Positions 41,083 through 54,514 of a stretch of 64,000 nt of DNA are shown here, piece after piece. The stretch comes from Bigelowiella natans CCMP2755 (lineage: Eukaryota > Protista > Cercozoa), in the NCBI GenBank assembly GCA_000320545.1, contig ADNK01001890.1:1-64000 (forward strand), in the 5' to 3' direction. A program made the position numbers and the translations under genes. Position 1 is the first letter of the stretch. Every line of letters begins with the position of its first letter. The notes below the pieces were generated by a model, which saw only the letters and a list, made by a program, of their open reading frames with translations, was not told the origin of the DNA and did no database searches.

Positions 41083-41475
41083 ATGTTTCAGGTTTCTGTA
41101 AGTGTTAGTGTTGTCTTGAAGTCGCTGATGTTTCTATTTCTATCACTTTGACCATGCTGATATGTGGTCTTGCTAATCAACTGGCTATACTTGTAAGCTG
41201 TGATACAATCACTAACCTCAGAAACTTTTCCATAGACCTCGCCTATACCAACCCCTCCAAGACCGATGATACTCGTTTCAATCCCTGTGTTCCCTAGCAC
41301 TCGTGAAGGCAAGGTTGATAAGCGACGGCGGAAAGCTGCTGTGAAGTAAGAATAAGAAAATTTTATCAACACGTTCCGGGAGAGAAAAATCATATTTTTT
41401 GGGATAGAAATTTGCCCGTGTACAACCATCAGTTGAGGTCATCACTCGATGTAGCCTCCGAACTGCCTTCATCAT
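39937..41475 (-). CDS. Aldo/keto reductase (L-galactose / D-threo-aldose dehydrogenase-like), possible mitochondrial presequence
   Basis: Three exons give MMKAVRRLHRVMTSTD|AAFRRRLSTLPSRVLGNTGIETSIIGLGG..|GEAVDCVIRALELGINLIDTSPNYG; catalytic tetrad D, Y, K (ITKCG), H (LLHD); GVLNGGPLYMGLL. Confidence 0.92.
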
Positions 41476-41932
41476 CCAATTGTGAGAAAGCAGAATCTGA
41501 AATATTTCTGAAATTTACATTCCGTGGTTAAAGGAGCCCGATAGTGGTTTGAATCAGGCTCTACACAAGGCGACAGACATGCAGGAGGGAGAACTACTTT
41601 GGATTCACTTCTTAGCATCATCATAATTTTCTCATCAGGGCACCATCACCCTTCTCTCACGACGATTTCGGCTTTGCACAGGCTTCAAAATGATGTCCGG
41701 ATTACTTACAAAAAGCTGGTATTTGCCATGTCGCAACATCAGAAAGTACCGCGTTAAAGATATGAGGGTTCAAAAATCGACTCTCTTGTCGCAATATATG
41801 AAATATAGGTCATTTTCCCATCGAAAAGGTACTTTTAGCATGATTTTTTCGATAGATCTGCCGTACAAGCTTGCACACGCACACGCAACGCAACAACATC
41901 GATCAGCCCTCTGCTGCTACCCACCGTGGAGG

Positions 41933-44488
41933 ATGTTGCTGTGCAATCGCCGTCACGGGAGAAGGAATCTTCCACTGCTCTTCATTGTACTTGCATTCCT
42001 TCTTTGCGCACCATCTACTCTTGCTGCGAAGAAGAAGAAGTCCGTTGGGAACAAAAACAAGAATTCGAATGATGTGCCCGCTCAGGGCATGTCTGCAGAG
42101 AAGCTCAAGCGACGCGAAGCGGTAATGTCCGTCTTTTCCTCCAGAGAACTCAGCCATCACATAAGAATTTGCATCAAAACCATTCGTGCCAAGTAGTAAT
42201 CCCCAGAATGAAATCACAGAGTTGGATATGCTCTGATATTTCTACATCGTTCCCCATTCCTTATTACTGTCATCTCTTCGCCCCCCTTCCTGTCCTTCCT
42301 CTCTTCTCTTTCTGTTTGGCTTTTATTTTCCTTATTATGCCATTTAAGCGCGATGCTCGAAAAATGGCAGCAAAGAAGCGACGAAAGGAGTTGCGAAGAA
42401 AGGAACGACAACTTCGACTTGCCGAACGTGTGCGCGAGAAGAAAAAGTAGTCGAACAATGAGGACATTAATTTTGCACAAAACTCAATGACAATAGAGTG
42501 TCTAGTAGCACATTGCTGATCAGACACAACCTCTTTCTCAGGGAAAAAAAGAAGGCAAAAGCTGGAAAGATAAAACCTCTTAATGCAAAGGTGGTGTGTA
42601 GTTGCAAAAAATATCAACTTCTTGGTTTTTGCTCATCATAATATCTGACAAATTACATGCATCAGGGTTTGAAGGCTGCAAAATCCAAACTAAGCAACAT
42701 GCACAAAAGGAGCGAAGCTGATGCAAATGGAATTGTTCATCTAGATAGGTATTACTCACTACTAGTAGAAGCAGATACATGCTTGGGGAAAAGAGAAGAA
42801 GAAGAAGAAGAAGAAGAAGAAGAAGAAGAAGAAGATCTACCACTTTTATCATCGCCATTGTCTCACCTTCGTAGTGATTTGGCATTTCGTTGATAATCGA
42901 ACAATTCAATCATATGTAGATTTTAATCTGATGCATCATACTACTTTCTGGGTTCTTTCTCCTTGACAGCATTCATCATCAACTATTTAATTATTATTTT
43001 CTACATATGTTGCATTAATTCTTTCAGCCGTGAATACAAGAGGTACATCAATGATGGCCCACGAGGTTACTACACAATGGTCGTCTACACTGCTCTTGAT
43101 GAGGAATTCCAGTGCTCTATTTGGTAATTATGATCAAAACCATCATCATCATCATCATCATCATCATCGTCATATTAATGTTATTAGTCAATCGATGAAC
43201 AAAGAAATGATAAAGCTTAGCCAAGCAATGAATTTAAGCAAGCTTGACCCTCCTGTCTTCATCGCATCAGTCGATTACAAAGACAATGCACATGTCTTTC
43301 AGACGGTAATAATAAGTCAATACGTACGTAGTAGACTGTGGCTGTGGTTATCATCATTCTGTGAAACAGACAATAGGAATAATCGAAAAACATTCACGCA
43401 TGGGCCCATGATCAAAACTAATACTGTCATCAGCCACTGCTGTTATCGAAGAAGTAGGAGCATGCAGTATAGAACAAACTATTGCACCGACTTGGATCAG
43501 CAGCAGCAGCAGCAGCAGCAGCAAATACTGCTTGCCACACTCATCAGTCTCCTCCTTACCCTCATTTTGACAACGACAATTAGAAAAGAAACTAAGTACA
43601 AGTGCCATCACCACCACCACTGTTACTTACTTTCTTACTTACTTACTACCACTACTACTGCTGCTGCTGCTGCTACACAGTTGCAATTTCGCCATGTTCC
43701 AATCGTGGTCCTTGTTCCGCCAACGAATACCACCAGGAAACCGAAGCTAATGGATTTTTACCGCAAAATCCCACAGCAGTATCGCCTCATGTAAGAAGGG
43801 AGAGGAGAAGAGAAAAAGAGAGGGGGGGGGGAGGGGAAGAGAAGAGACTGACAAGCGCGACGAAATCGACACGACGATGACTACGAAAAAGAAGAAGAAG
43901 AGGAAGCCCTTTGAGAGTTCATCGTTAACACGATTTACTGCTACAAATTCTGATTTCTCTCTCTCTTTCTCTCTAGATATCGGCGTATTATATCTGCCTC
44001 TTCTCTGTGTCAATGGCGGTGGATTTAGTATCAAATATTGAATATACACACGACTCCCTTTCTCTTTCTCTAGGTCGACTGGAAGGCTTGCAGCACAAGA
44101 TTTTGCTAATTTTATCGCGAAGAATGCCCCTGCTGTGGGGGAGCTGAACATTCCACAGCCTACACCTAAAGTGTATAAGTACGTCGGTCTTAGCATCGTC
44201 ATCATTGCTGTTCTCTACCTTCTCGTTTCCTCTCTTATCTTCAAGAACATCTGCAAGTATCAAGAATACAAGCTTCCCTATTTTACGCTGGTGCTCGTAT
44301 TCTACGCATGGTGCGCGGGTGCTGGCATGTACAACATCATCAGATCGACGCAATGGTGATAATAAGTAGTTGTAGTAGCTTACGTTATAACTAGTGTGTG
44401 CTACTGCTATACTGCTCCTACTGCTGTTAAATACGCATGTGTATCTGTTAAAAAACAATATTGATGACAGTAGCAACTTATTCTTCCT

Positions 44489-44530
<42 letters not shown>

Positions 44531-45008
44531 CAATTACACACAGGCATGGTGGCAGCAGCAAAGATCCTGAGTATTTTTATCCCGGAAATGGGTCACAATA
44601 CATCTACGGTTCAATGATTGTAGGAGCACTCAACCTTTCTGTAGGCTTGATGCTTGTGCTACTCAATTCCTGGGCTTTAGATGTGAGTGATTGAGTGATT
44701 AGGCGAGTCAGTCAGTAGTTACAATTGTGGGATATGTGTGTCATCATATCACGACGACGTCGACTTTATCCAGATAGTGATGATGATCATGATCATGGTT
44801 ATGAGGATAATGATTTAGCACATACGATGCGTGCCTACCTACCTCTGTTCTCTGATGTATGGCATGTCGTTCTGCTGCTCACTCATTCTCTCAGGACAAG
44901 AATCAGCCCAAATATGGAATTCTGCGAAAGATTTTCAAATTCTGTTTCTCGCTTATATTTAATCCGTGGGTGATAATGGCTGTGGCCGTGTACATATGGT
45001 ACTATAAC

Positions 45009-45046
<38 letters not shown>

Positions 45047-45589
45047 CGCCTTGATTCGCACGCGTATACACACGCATGCAGCACAATAAACAAAACTACT
45101 ACTAGAAGTACACAAAACACATTATTTTCAGCCTTGCAACCAACGAAAAACAAAGATATCGCACCGAAGCTTACTAAATATTAACTCTATTGTATTTATC
45201 TGATATGCTGATCCTGTAGGTGGCAATTGCTCGGTATATACTCGCGAAAGAATCCAAGCTACAACTATGGCGCAATTCCGGAACATGAGCTCTTCGATAG
45301 CGCTGAGTTCTATAAAAAGAGGTAGGTGGTATAGTTGTTTCTGCTGCAACAATTAATATCCCCAAGAGTGCTGACGTGGCGCTGATTGTGATGTCTATGA
45401 TCACAACTCTATGCTTCAACAGTATTTATCATCACGGTGCACATTATCGATATGCTGTTCCTAAAAAATATCGAAAAAAATTGAGGATAACAAGAATATT
45501 TAAATTCATAGCAGAATATTATGGAAAGTACATTTATTCAAATATTTCTTCCCTCCGTACACTTCTTACGTGCGTCATAATATTCTTAA

Positions 45590-45639
<50 letters not shown>

Positions 45640-45800
45640 ACGTTGTTCTATGTACCATTATCGTATGGCCCGCCGTCGTTTCGATAAAGCTTGAAGCGGT
45701 TGAGACGGAATATGGTTGGAAAAACTATTTTCCGCTACTACAGAAAGGGAAGCCGGTGGGTATTTCGTAATTTATTGTCATCTTTGCTGGAAGTAGCCGT

Positions 45801-45840
<40 letters not shown>

Positions 45841-46064
45841 TTATCTATCTATCTATCTGTCTCTCTCTTTCTCTCTTATTGCTTAGAATATTTTGGAGAA
45901 CATACCGGAAGCATTTTGAGGAAGCATTACAGGCGGCGTATATTTCGAGCTCATCTTATATACTCTCCAAATGGAAAAATCTGAAACCTTGGGCATTGAA
46001 TCAGTTGTCACAGTTGCAGCAAACAGTTGATGAGTACGTATTAGGGATAAAGGATGAACTATAA
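41933..46064 (+). CDS. OST3: Oligosaccharyltransferase subunit OST3/OST6 (TUSC3/MAGT1 family) with KDEL-ending extension
   Basis: Signal peptide; GPRGYYTMVVYTALDEEFQCSI|CQ (thioredoxin CxxC); FRHVP; four TMs with GMYNIIR, YPGNGSQY and LLGIYSRKNPSY; introns 45322-45689 and 45756-45886 lead to ..LGIKDEL*. The unspliced form stops at 45325. Confidence 0.88.
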
Positions 46065-46199
46065 CATGGGATTCAGCACGCAGACTTTCAGAATGCGCAT
46101 GTTAATTAATCAATACATAAATTTAAGAAGGACCAACCTGCACTCTGATTTTTGCTGCATGTAAGTAAGCACGTGTCATTCAGACTAATAAATTTGTTT

Positions 46200-47900
46200 T
46201 CCACACTATCTGCACGGAATTGCCATTGATGGGAATCCCCTTGCTCTGATGCCCTCTAGCTCTGTCGCATGCAGGCATTCAGGACATCAACACTGCTGCC
46301 TCAGCATGCCTAGCCATGAAGTGTACGATTCATCGCCTCCCTTGGATTCGACTTGACAGAGCTAGATAATGGACACAGTGATGTCTATCACCTAGAGATG
46401 GGGAGCGTGTGGCATGCACACCTCACACCAATGATGGTGTTGTCCAACATTGCTTCTAGAGCTGGCAAGATTGCGCCACTCATCGACATGAATCGAAGCC
46501 TGTGGAGCCCACAGGGCTGCATTCGTGTGTGCGCGTGTGAACGCAATATGCATTGATCTTCACACGTGTGTGCAATCATGCACATGCAGATGTTCTCTTC
46601 ATGCATGTGTGTGTGCACGCAAATCGAACAAAGATGCACACTGCACGATGTGCATGTGCACTGGACTGCGCTAGCACGTGCTAGCGTGCTCGAACAGAGC
46701 CCATGCTAGCAATGGCTGATGCTAGAATGGGCATTGAAGGGTTGGGTGCGGTGCGGTGTGCGCTCAGTGAGACAAAGGTGGCAAACGAGCAAGTAGCGAT
46801 GTTCAGGTTGAACTGTGATGAGGTCATGCATGTGCTTGACCGCCCTTTCATGGAGGTCAAGCTTGTCAGAGAGTGAACATGGCTGCATTGCGTTTCTAGG
46901 TCGCGACAAGACTTTGTCTTGTCGCAGGATGTGCGTGTGCATTGCTTGTTGCAGCAGGCCGAAGCGCCATGGCAGTGCTTGTGCGTCGCACCTGTGCCAC
47001 TTCACCTGCTGCAGCACGCACAGTCAATTTGCCAATTTCTTCGGTTCGTGCTCGCTTGCGTGTCAACTGCATGCTTGTCACGTTTGCGCGAGCATGGGAG
47101 CATCGACAATGGGGCCATGCGTTGGCCACTGCGATCAACATCAACACAATGACTCGTTGCAGTTCGACCCCCCAGACCGTGCTAGCGCGCGTGCACTCCA
47201 GCAGTCCAGCACCACCGCTGTCTGGCAATGCGCTGGCATGCCAGCTAGCTAGCCAGCCAGCACGTGTCATGGCGCACGTGTGTTGATGTGTGTCACACAT
47301 GCAACGTCACCAGACAACTCTAGCACTGTCCAGTGTCTATAGCTAGCCAGCCATGTCAAGCCAACATGTCCACTGTGGCTAGACCACTCCATGGAATTCT
47401 TTTGGCATCGATCGTGTGTGCAATGGCACCGGAGCAAGCTAGCAAGTGAGAATGGCTAGATGGGCACGACGACGCATTGCTAGATTGCGCCAACAAGTCT
47501 GAAATGAGTTCGTTTCGTAGCGCGCATTCTGGCATTGCTCGATTGCATGCCATGCACATCGCTAGATCGTTGCATCACATGCCAGCATGTGCAACGCGCA
47601 CACAGCTAGACAACTAGACAGCTAGACAGCTGGACAACGACAACAGCAGAGCTAGAGAGCTAAGGTTCAGTTGAATGCTAGAATGGTGCTACAAACAGTT
47701 TTCCCATTCTAGCATTTGAAAGCACAGCACACTCTTCGCGATCGCATCATCATTGTTGTTGTGACTGCATCGCGTCTCCGCGCATCTCTAGATCTGATGG
47801 AATGTGGCAAAAGGCATACACGCAGTGAGCGTGCCAGCGCTAGCCTGCTGCACATGGCACATCGCACATGTAACAATGTGTAGGTCTAGCATGAGTGTGT
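46200..47900. other. TpA-depleted, CTAG-sparing intergenic domain
   Basis: Manual count for 46501-47820: ~30 TA, ~22 of them in CTAG. Confidence 0.85.
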
Positions 47901-48014
47901 GCTGACCTCATAACCTGGTGTGTGCGATGATGTGTTACCATTCTCAAAAAACAAAAGAAAGAAAGGAAAAAAAGACACAAAATGGCTAGACACCGCATGT
48001 TGCCAAGATGCTTG

Positions 48015-48623
48015 CTAAAGTTCTGTTTTGATGTGATGGTATTCATTGTCTTCTGTCATTCTGCTGTCCACAGAGGATGCATCATTTGTTGAAACTTTAG
48101 CTTGATTTCCCCCCCAGTTTGGCCTATGCTCCTCGTCTACTTTTGTTGCGGGTTTTCCGGTATTCCTAGATCTATGATGCGGTGAAGCAACTTTTTCCGG
48201 CGATTTATTGAATATTGAATCCTTCACTTTCAAGTCCTCTAATGTTTTTTTGAAACCAATTAAGGAAGCTGAGAGTTCCGCTTTCTTCGCTTTATCTTTA
48301 GCTTTTCTACTGGTGTAAAACTTGCCATTGTACCATTCTCCTCCTGTTTGTTCCTCCCCCTGTTTCACAGTGTTTTTTGTGGAAGTGGGAATCTTTGCAG
48401 TTTTGAGATGTCGACTCTCTGTAGACGATTTTATACCTACTTATGCATTGAAAAACTAGAGATCAGTCAAATTACGTATGGCCAGCATTCTAAGTAACAG
48501 TTCATCTAATGTGATTACTTTACTTGGAGAAGATGACGTCATTCTCGACTTCAACAAACAAATCGTCATCAATAGCACAGTGATGCCAGCAGCCATCAAT
48601 CCTGCGGACGAAGATGTATTCAT
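48015..48623 (-). CDS. Small hypothetical protein with N-terminal hydrophobic anchor, ending KTEL
   Basis: Exon 1 MNTSSSAGLMAAGITVLLMTICLL..; acceptor ctacag at ~48421; exon 2 ESRHLKTAK..EWYNGKFYTSRKAKDKAKK..HHIKTEL*. Confidence 0.5.
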
Positions 48624-49194
48624 TGCGTAAAGTCCGTCATGTGCTATCCAAATCATTCACAAGTCAACATGACCAGCATAAAAATTGCACGCACAGCATA
48701 TGTTTTGAGTTTTGAGCATCATAATAAATTTATTGATTCACTAACGATAGTTTATCATTCACTCTCTCTAGCTCATGTACCTTGTGTGTTCTACCAGGAA
48801 TGTTGTGATGGTGATAGCGATGATGATGCTTTGATTGCTGATGGTGCTGCATGAATCGAATAATTAAATTACGCAAATTTCTTAAATTAATTAGTTAATT
48901 CTTCGCACCATTCATCAGAGCCATCAATAATGAATGCCACTACACTCACTTCATTACTATGCAATCTGAATTTTAAGATGTATCTTTGTTTGTTTTCAAT
49001 TGTGTGAGAACCTAAAACATCAGTGATGCAGGATGTCGGAGAGCTCATTTGGACTCCCTTCCCCATAACATGGAAGACATACTGCGGTACCGGTACCACA
49101 GATAAGGATGACTAATTATTGGGGTTCGCTGAGAAGAGGCTAGAGCAAAGAAGTCACAGCAGCACACAATTCGCGGTGCGCAACAAACCCCAAA

Positions 49195-50322
49195 ATGAAG
49201 GACGTGATGGACGAAATAGATCTCAAAGAGCAACAGGAGCGGGAGGAGAAGAACCAGCAAATTTATGCTGACTTAGTGCAAAAGTCCATTGACGACCAAG
49301 CAGAAGTAGTGATTGTTACTCTTAATGTTTGCACAGTCAAAGACGGCAATGATGATTTTCTGCATTCTACCAGTATTTTACAAAGAGTTTCTTTTTCGAA
49401 TTGGGAGAAGAGTGGAAAGAAGTTAATAAGCTAAAGGCTGCATTCAAGAAAGCATGCAAGGTGGAGCATGAAACATTCATTTTCATCTTATCTAAGCATC
49501 CTTACCCAAACAAATACAGGAAAATGGAAGCCAAAATGACCTTTCACACATAGCTGCAGCTCAATTTCTGCAGGTGATACTAATTTGCATTACTTTGAGC
49601 TTGATATAAAATTGAGCCAAAATTAGGCAAACGGCGCAGCTCGTACTGGATTAGAACGCAAGCGTGAACTCCGAGACATCGACATGAATACTGATGGCAA
49701 AGTCAGTTTTATCGAGTACCTAATGCTCCACTACAAGGTAATGATTCTCACTTCCTACTACAAACGACTGAAGAAGGACCCAGAGGAAGACCTCTCAAAG
49801 TATTGCTTATTTACTACATGTACTATGCGAACTATGTAAATGATCTTTGTTGTTATCAGTGGTGGCATTGGTCTAACGGGAGTCGGGGTCAAACTATTAG
49901 ATGAACTATGTGAGATACCTTTAAATCTTGATCCAATAGTTATCGAGAATTTAGAAAAGGTGAAAAAGATGAAAAAAGATCGGGCTAAAAAAATTTTGAA
50001 GCTTGAGAAGAAAATTGAGAAAGGCGGCGTAATGGGAAAGGCGGCTAAAAATGAACTCGAACAATTTCTGAGGAAAGGAGACATGGAAATTAAAAAACTT
50101 GAAGCACAAGTGACAGCGGCACGGAAGAAGAATCTAAAACGTTGAGCCAGTTTCAAATAGAGCTAAAACCTGAACGTTGAGAGCTGTTGATTTTTACTAG
50201 GTGCTAAGACTGCGTCGAAAGCTTTGAAGGCGGAGAAAGCAAAAGACCTTGCAGCTGAAAAAGAAGTTTCAAAAGCTAGAAAAGCCAGCTTTGCAGCACG
50301 AGCTGCAATGTTCAATAAATAA
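49195..50322 (+). CDS. EF-hand calcium-regulated actin-bundling protein (Dictyostelium ABP34/AbpB-like)
   Basis: Six exons; RTGLERKRELRDIDMNTDGKVSFIEYLMLHYK (EF-hand) and GGVMGKAAKNELEQ resemble the ABP34 family; ends ARAAMFNK*. Confidence 0.82.
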
Positions 50323-50599
50323 ATACATTGCTCACTTTACACAACATACTTCTACGTAATTGCAGATACAGTTCACCCACTAGGTGCAGTCGATTCATTG
50401 CTAATATATGACATACTCGCTAATAATATATGATATGCTGATTGAACTGGTGACAGCAATATTTTACAGGATGGATGATGATCAGAGTGTTGTTATAATT
50501 TCAACACACGATGCATACCTTCTACAAGCGAATCTGCCATGTATGTTAGTTGTTGAGACACAGATGGCATGGACTATGTACCAGCGTTGACACTACACC

Positions 50600-51400
50600 A
50601 GAGCGCAGTGCTGCCATTCTTGCATGTCTGCTCTAGTGCCAGTCTATGCGCTGCCATCGCATCACAAAACTAACGTTTGCATGTCCATCCATTGCAGATC
50701 TAGAGATGTCTGCGACGCGTGCTAGCTCGCTAGCAGTCAAGCAGTGCTAGACTAAGTAGAGTGTGCGATGTTTGATGCTAGGATGTGTAGCGAGGGCTAG
50801 CTAGCTAGGGGATCCAAAGCATCCAAAATTCATTTGAGCATGTAATCCATCTGCTAGTCCATCTAGCTAGCTAGCACACTAGATCTAGAGATGCTGGCAT
50901 GTTCGCTAGCTCTGCAGCTCGTCTAGTCGTGTGTGACACACAGATGTGCCTTCGATCACCACTAGCTAGCTAGACCTAGATTAGCAGAGCTAGAGAGACC
51001 ATCTAGCTGCTCTAGCTAGCTAGTGCTCTCTGACTCCATGCTAGTACTCTAGTATCAACTAGCGCTAGACTCTAGAGACTAGAACATGTTCACAATTTCT
51101 TGCACATCTAGCTAGCTAGACCAGACTAGCAGAGACATGTTGACACTCGACCTCTAGCTAGCTCTCTCTGACTGTAATGCTACCGCTCCAGCTAAAAAAG
51201 TCTAATGAGCCTTGCACTGTGGACATATGGCGCATCCATCCAAATGTGCAACACTAGAACAAGCTGCGCGCGTTGCATCATCTGAGTTGTTGCCGCATGC
51301 ACGTGAGTTACTTCGCAAGATAGGCGTGTCCAGCAAGCAAGCACTCTGCAATGCTGTGCACATGCTATGCACAAATCGCATAGAGATTGATTAATTCGAT
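50600..51400. other. CTAG-saturated intergenic domain
   Basis: ~37 CTAG counted manually in ~50700-51165. Confidence 0.85.
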
Positions 51401-51655
51401 CGATGCGACCAAATAAAACGATTTTGGAAAATAAACTTGCAAAGAATATTGATACATACATGTATACGCAAAAGTTAACAAGTTCAATAATTCAACAAAA
51501 GTCAGTCTTGTCGACTTTGGTATTACGTCCATACTCCCTCAACCCAGCTATTTTAAGCAAAAACTAACAAATCATACAGAATAAATATGTTTCCACTGCA
51601 CACCATAGATCCGAAAAGTTAACCGCGGCAAGTTGAAGAAGGGGTGTTTATTGAC

Positions 51656-53737
51656 TTAGAAAAGTCCTGCAGGCTCTTCAATTGCTACGTCAGGGAACTC
51701 GTGAGCCCAATCCTTATGATGCTTCTTGTCGTAGATGAACCATTCATCTTCCTGGAATTCGTCAGGGGTCTACAATAAAATCGCCAAACAAAAGGGGTCA
51801 TGGACGAATCATGAATGAAAAGTTCGGTGGTTCTTGAATGATCGTGTTAATCTTATCATACCGTATCCATCATCACGTATTCCATGAATGCGCCAGTCTG
51901 AGAAAGGATGGATAGAAATATCCAAAGAAATAAAAAACATTTCAAAACAGAAGTTAGGCGCTGCATGGTAACGGAGGGGAGGAGTTGATTGTGTTACAAC
52001 ATTACCACTTCAGGAGGTAAAAGCTGGCCAGACTCCTGGATTTTTTGCCAGTATTCAACAAGATGCTTAGGGAACACGCCTTCTTCTTGTCCGTAAGCGG
52101 TGTTCTTTTGCATCTCGGTGTTGACTTCTCCGGGAATCAGAGAAGCGCAGAAAACCTAATGAAAAGACTAATTCAGACTGAAGAAAAGGTATGTAATGCT
52201 GGTGCACATGTTTATCAAATTCAAAAGGAATATGCACTGCGCTGTTCAATTCATTTCAAAAGAATACCGGCGTTTCAGCCTCTTTAAGCTCTTCCTTGAA
52301 CATCAAGTGCATTCCATAGAAAGTCAACTTGGAAACGCAGTATGGTCCATACCTAATGGAATATGATTTCAATCATTCACACGTGCGTGGCTATGCTATA
52401 TTTACTGTTTCTATACAATAAATTTTCATCATATTTATCATCGCTAAATTAGTTCCTACGCTGGGAGTCCGGAACAAGTGCGAGCAACACTGGAGAGCAT
52501 CATGATACGGTTCTATGTAGAATTATGATGAAATGATTCCGCGAGGAAAGTCAAGCAGACTGAAGTCACTAGATTATGGATAGAAATTGGCACATTAAAT
52601 AAATCATTACCTTTTCAGGCTCTTCTTTGCCGAATAGAGGGTAGAGAGCTTGAGTGAGGAAAAGAGGGCCATTGACGTTGATATCTGATACCTATTAAGG
52701 CCGCGAAGTATAAATTACACAGATACGGATGAATAAATGCGATAAGTGTTGACCTTGAGCCAATCATCTTCATCAAGTTCCATCATTTTCTTGCAAGGGG
52801 TGTTGACAGCTGCGTTGTGAACAAGGCCACGGAGAGTCATCCCACGATCCTTAGTCAATTGCGCAACGGCCTCCTTGACCTTGCTGCGTCCTTCCCTTGT
52901 GGTAACATCTGCAGCCACTCCGATAATCTCACCCTTATTACATATTCAGATAGAGTAATTTATCAACTCATGGAGTTTGGAGATATGTTAATGCTCGAAG
53001 ATTTCTGTGTTTTCTGTGTGTTGTGTGTGTGTGTGTGTGTGTGTTCGTGTGTTGTGTGTTGACATGTGTTAGTCTGGAGTCAGGAGACATTGCATATACA
53101 CCTTGTTCAGATATTTGCTGTGTTTTTATCTTCATGCAATTATGTGCACACGTACACCACGCAGTCTTAACCCTATCAGTTACTACAACATACGTGCATT
53201 ACCTTGAAGCCTTTTTCCTGAGCCATTTTCACGGTGTCTTCAAGGGCATTCGCACGGCGACCAACGATAAGGGTCTAATAATTTTAACAATTTTAATATA
53301 ACACATTCTTATAGTTATATTCGATAAAGACAAATTAATTCAAACCGTCACGCCTCTCTTTGCCATCCGGAGGGTTGCAGCTTGACCGATTCCTGATCCG
53401 CCGCCAGTAATTACGTAGATTTCACTAGAGTCAACAGCCCTGCGTTCTCTTCCAGTTGAAGCAACGACACCGTTACCACTGCAAAATACATAAATATCAT
53501 CACATGACAGCAATGACTTGTTTAGTCAGGTCAGGGTGAATCTTACCTGGCTCCCATCGTTACATCGCGTCCAGGGCAGGGGCGTGTGAGGCCAAAATTA
53601 GTGGTTCCAGCCAAGCGATTTAAGCGTGATCTGAGGGATACCGACGCTGGCTTTGAAGCAGAGCGGTAAGAAGCAGTGCGGGCCTCCGCGAGAGGGGTCA
53701 CGAGGGAGAGGGCAACCAGGATAGACAGAGCGGCCAT
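51656..53737 (-). CDS. Short-chain dehydrogenase/reductase (benzil/sepiapterin reductase-like) with bipartite plastid-targeting leader
   Basis: About ten exons: VITGGGSGIG, LVHNAAV, MMLSS, YCVSK (YxxxK), LIPGEVNTEMQ, ending EPAGLF*. Leader is a hydrophobic signal peptide plus an R/S/T-rich transit peptide. Confidence 0.92.
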
Positions 53738-54514
53738 TTTAAGAGTGCGAATTGTGTTGTTACAAATGCTATTAGATTTGAATGGAAGACAATGATAAAA
53801 TGCTCAAAGTATTCAAAAATAGGCCCCATAATTGCACCTTTTCCTCCTCCTGTTCTCGTGTTTACTTGGGTGCATACATTTCTCCGCACTCGGATATCAA
53901 CGTTTTTCAGACCTGAGGGCACCAAAAATGTGTCCGGGCATTTAAGCTCGAAGTTGAGTGATATCTGCAACTTTTTAGACGTCGCATAGTTGAAACATAT
54001 GGCATATATAGTTGTACTAATGTGAGTGTTCTTCCTACATATGTCTGAAAAAAGGTTCCTTTAAGCCGAAAAAATAGCCTTCGAGACTGCATCATTGCTT
54101 TCTGAATATTTTTCTCGATAAATCGGTCCCAATAAGAGCTATTTCATTCATAACCAACTTGCATTTTGCCCATGAGAGTCAAGAGTTTATCGACCAAATG
54201 TAGTAAAGTTAAGTCTGAAGTGGAAAATAGGTTTATGCTGTTCTCCAAACCCTACTTGTGGTTGAATCGCTCTGACGATAAATTACCGGTAATGAGTTAA
54301 TTGATTCATTGATTTCATTGGGGAGTTTAATTCTACGTCATCCGTTCTTGTTCATCGTTTCGGTGAATTCCCCATATTTTGTCAAGAACCGATATTGATG
54401 CCAAATTTAAATAGAGACATGTAAATATGACATTTTAACGGGAAAACGGCGCGAGACATTCCCCTGAATGCCTCAATGGCAGATTGATCAGTGCATTGAG
54501 AGGAGGAGTTCTCC

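Noticed and set aside
46353-47559. Overlapping Cys/His/Met-rich ORFs on both strands (also 38523-39791)
   Set aside because: Expected by-product of TA loss: TAA stops vanish and Tyr codons become His/Cys. No domain or splice structure.
38330-51400. Classical RIP or CpG-methylation decay as cause of the TG/CA-rich tracts
   Set aside because: RIP raises TA, and CpG decay removes CG; here TA is lost and CG is plentiful.
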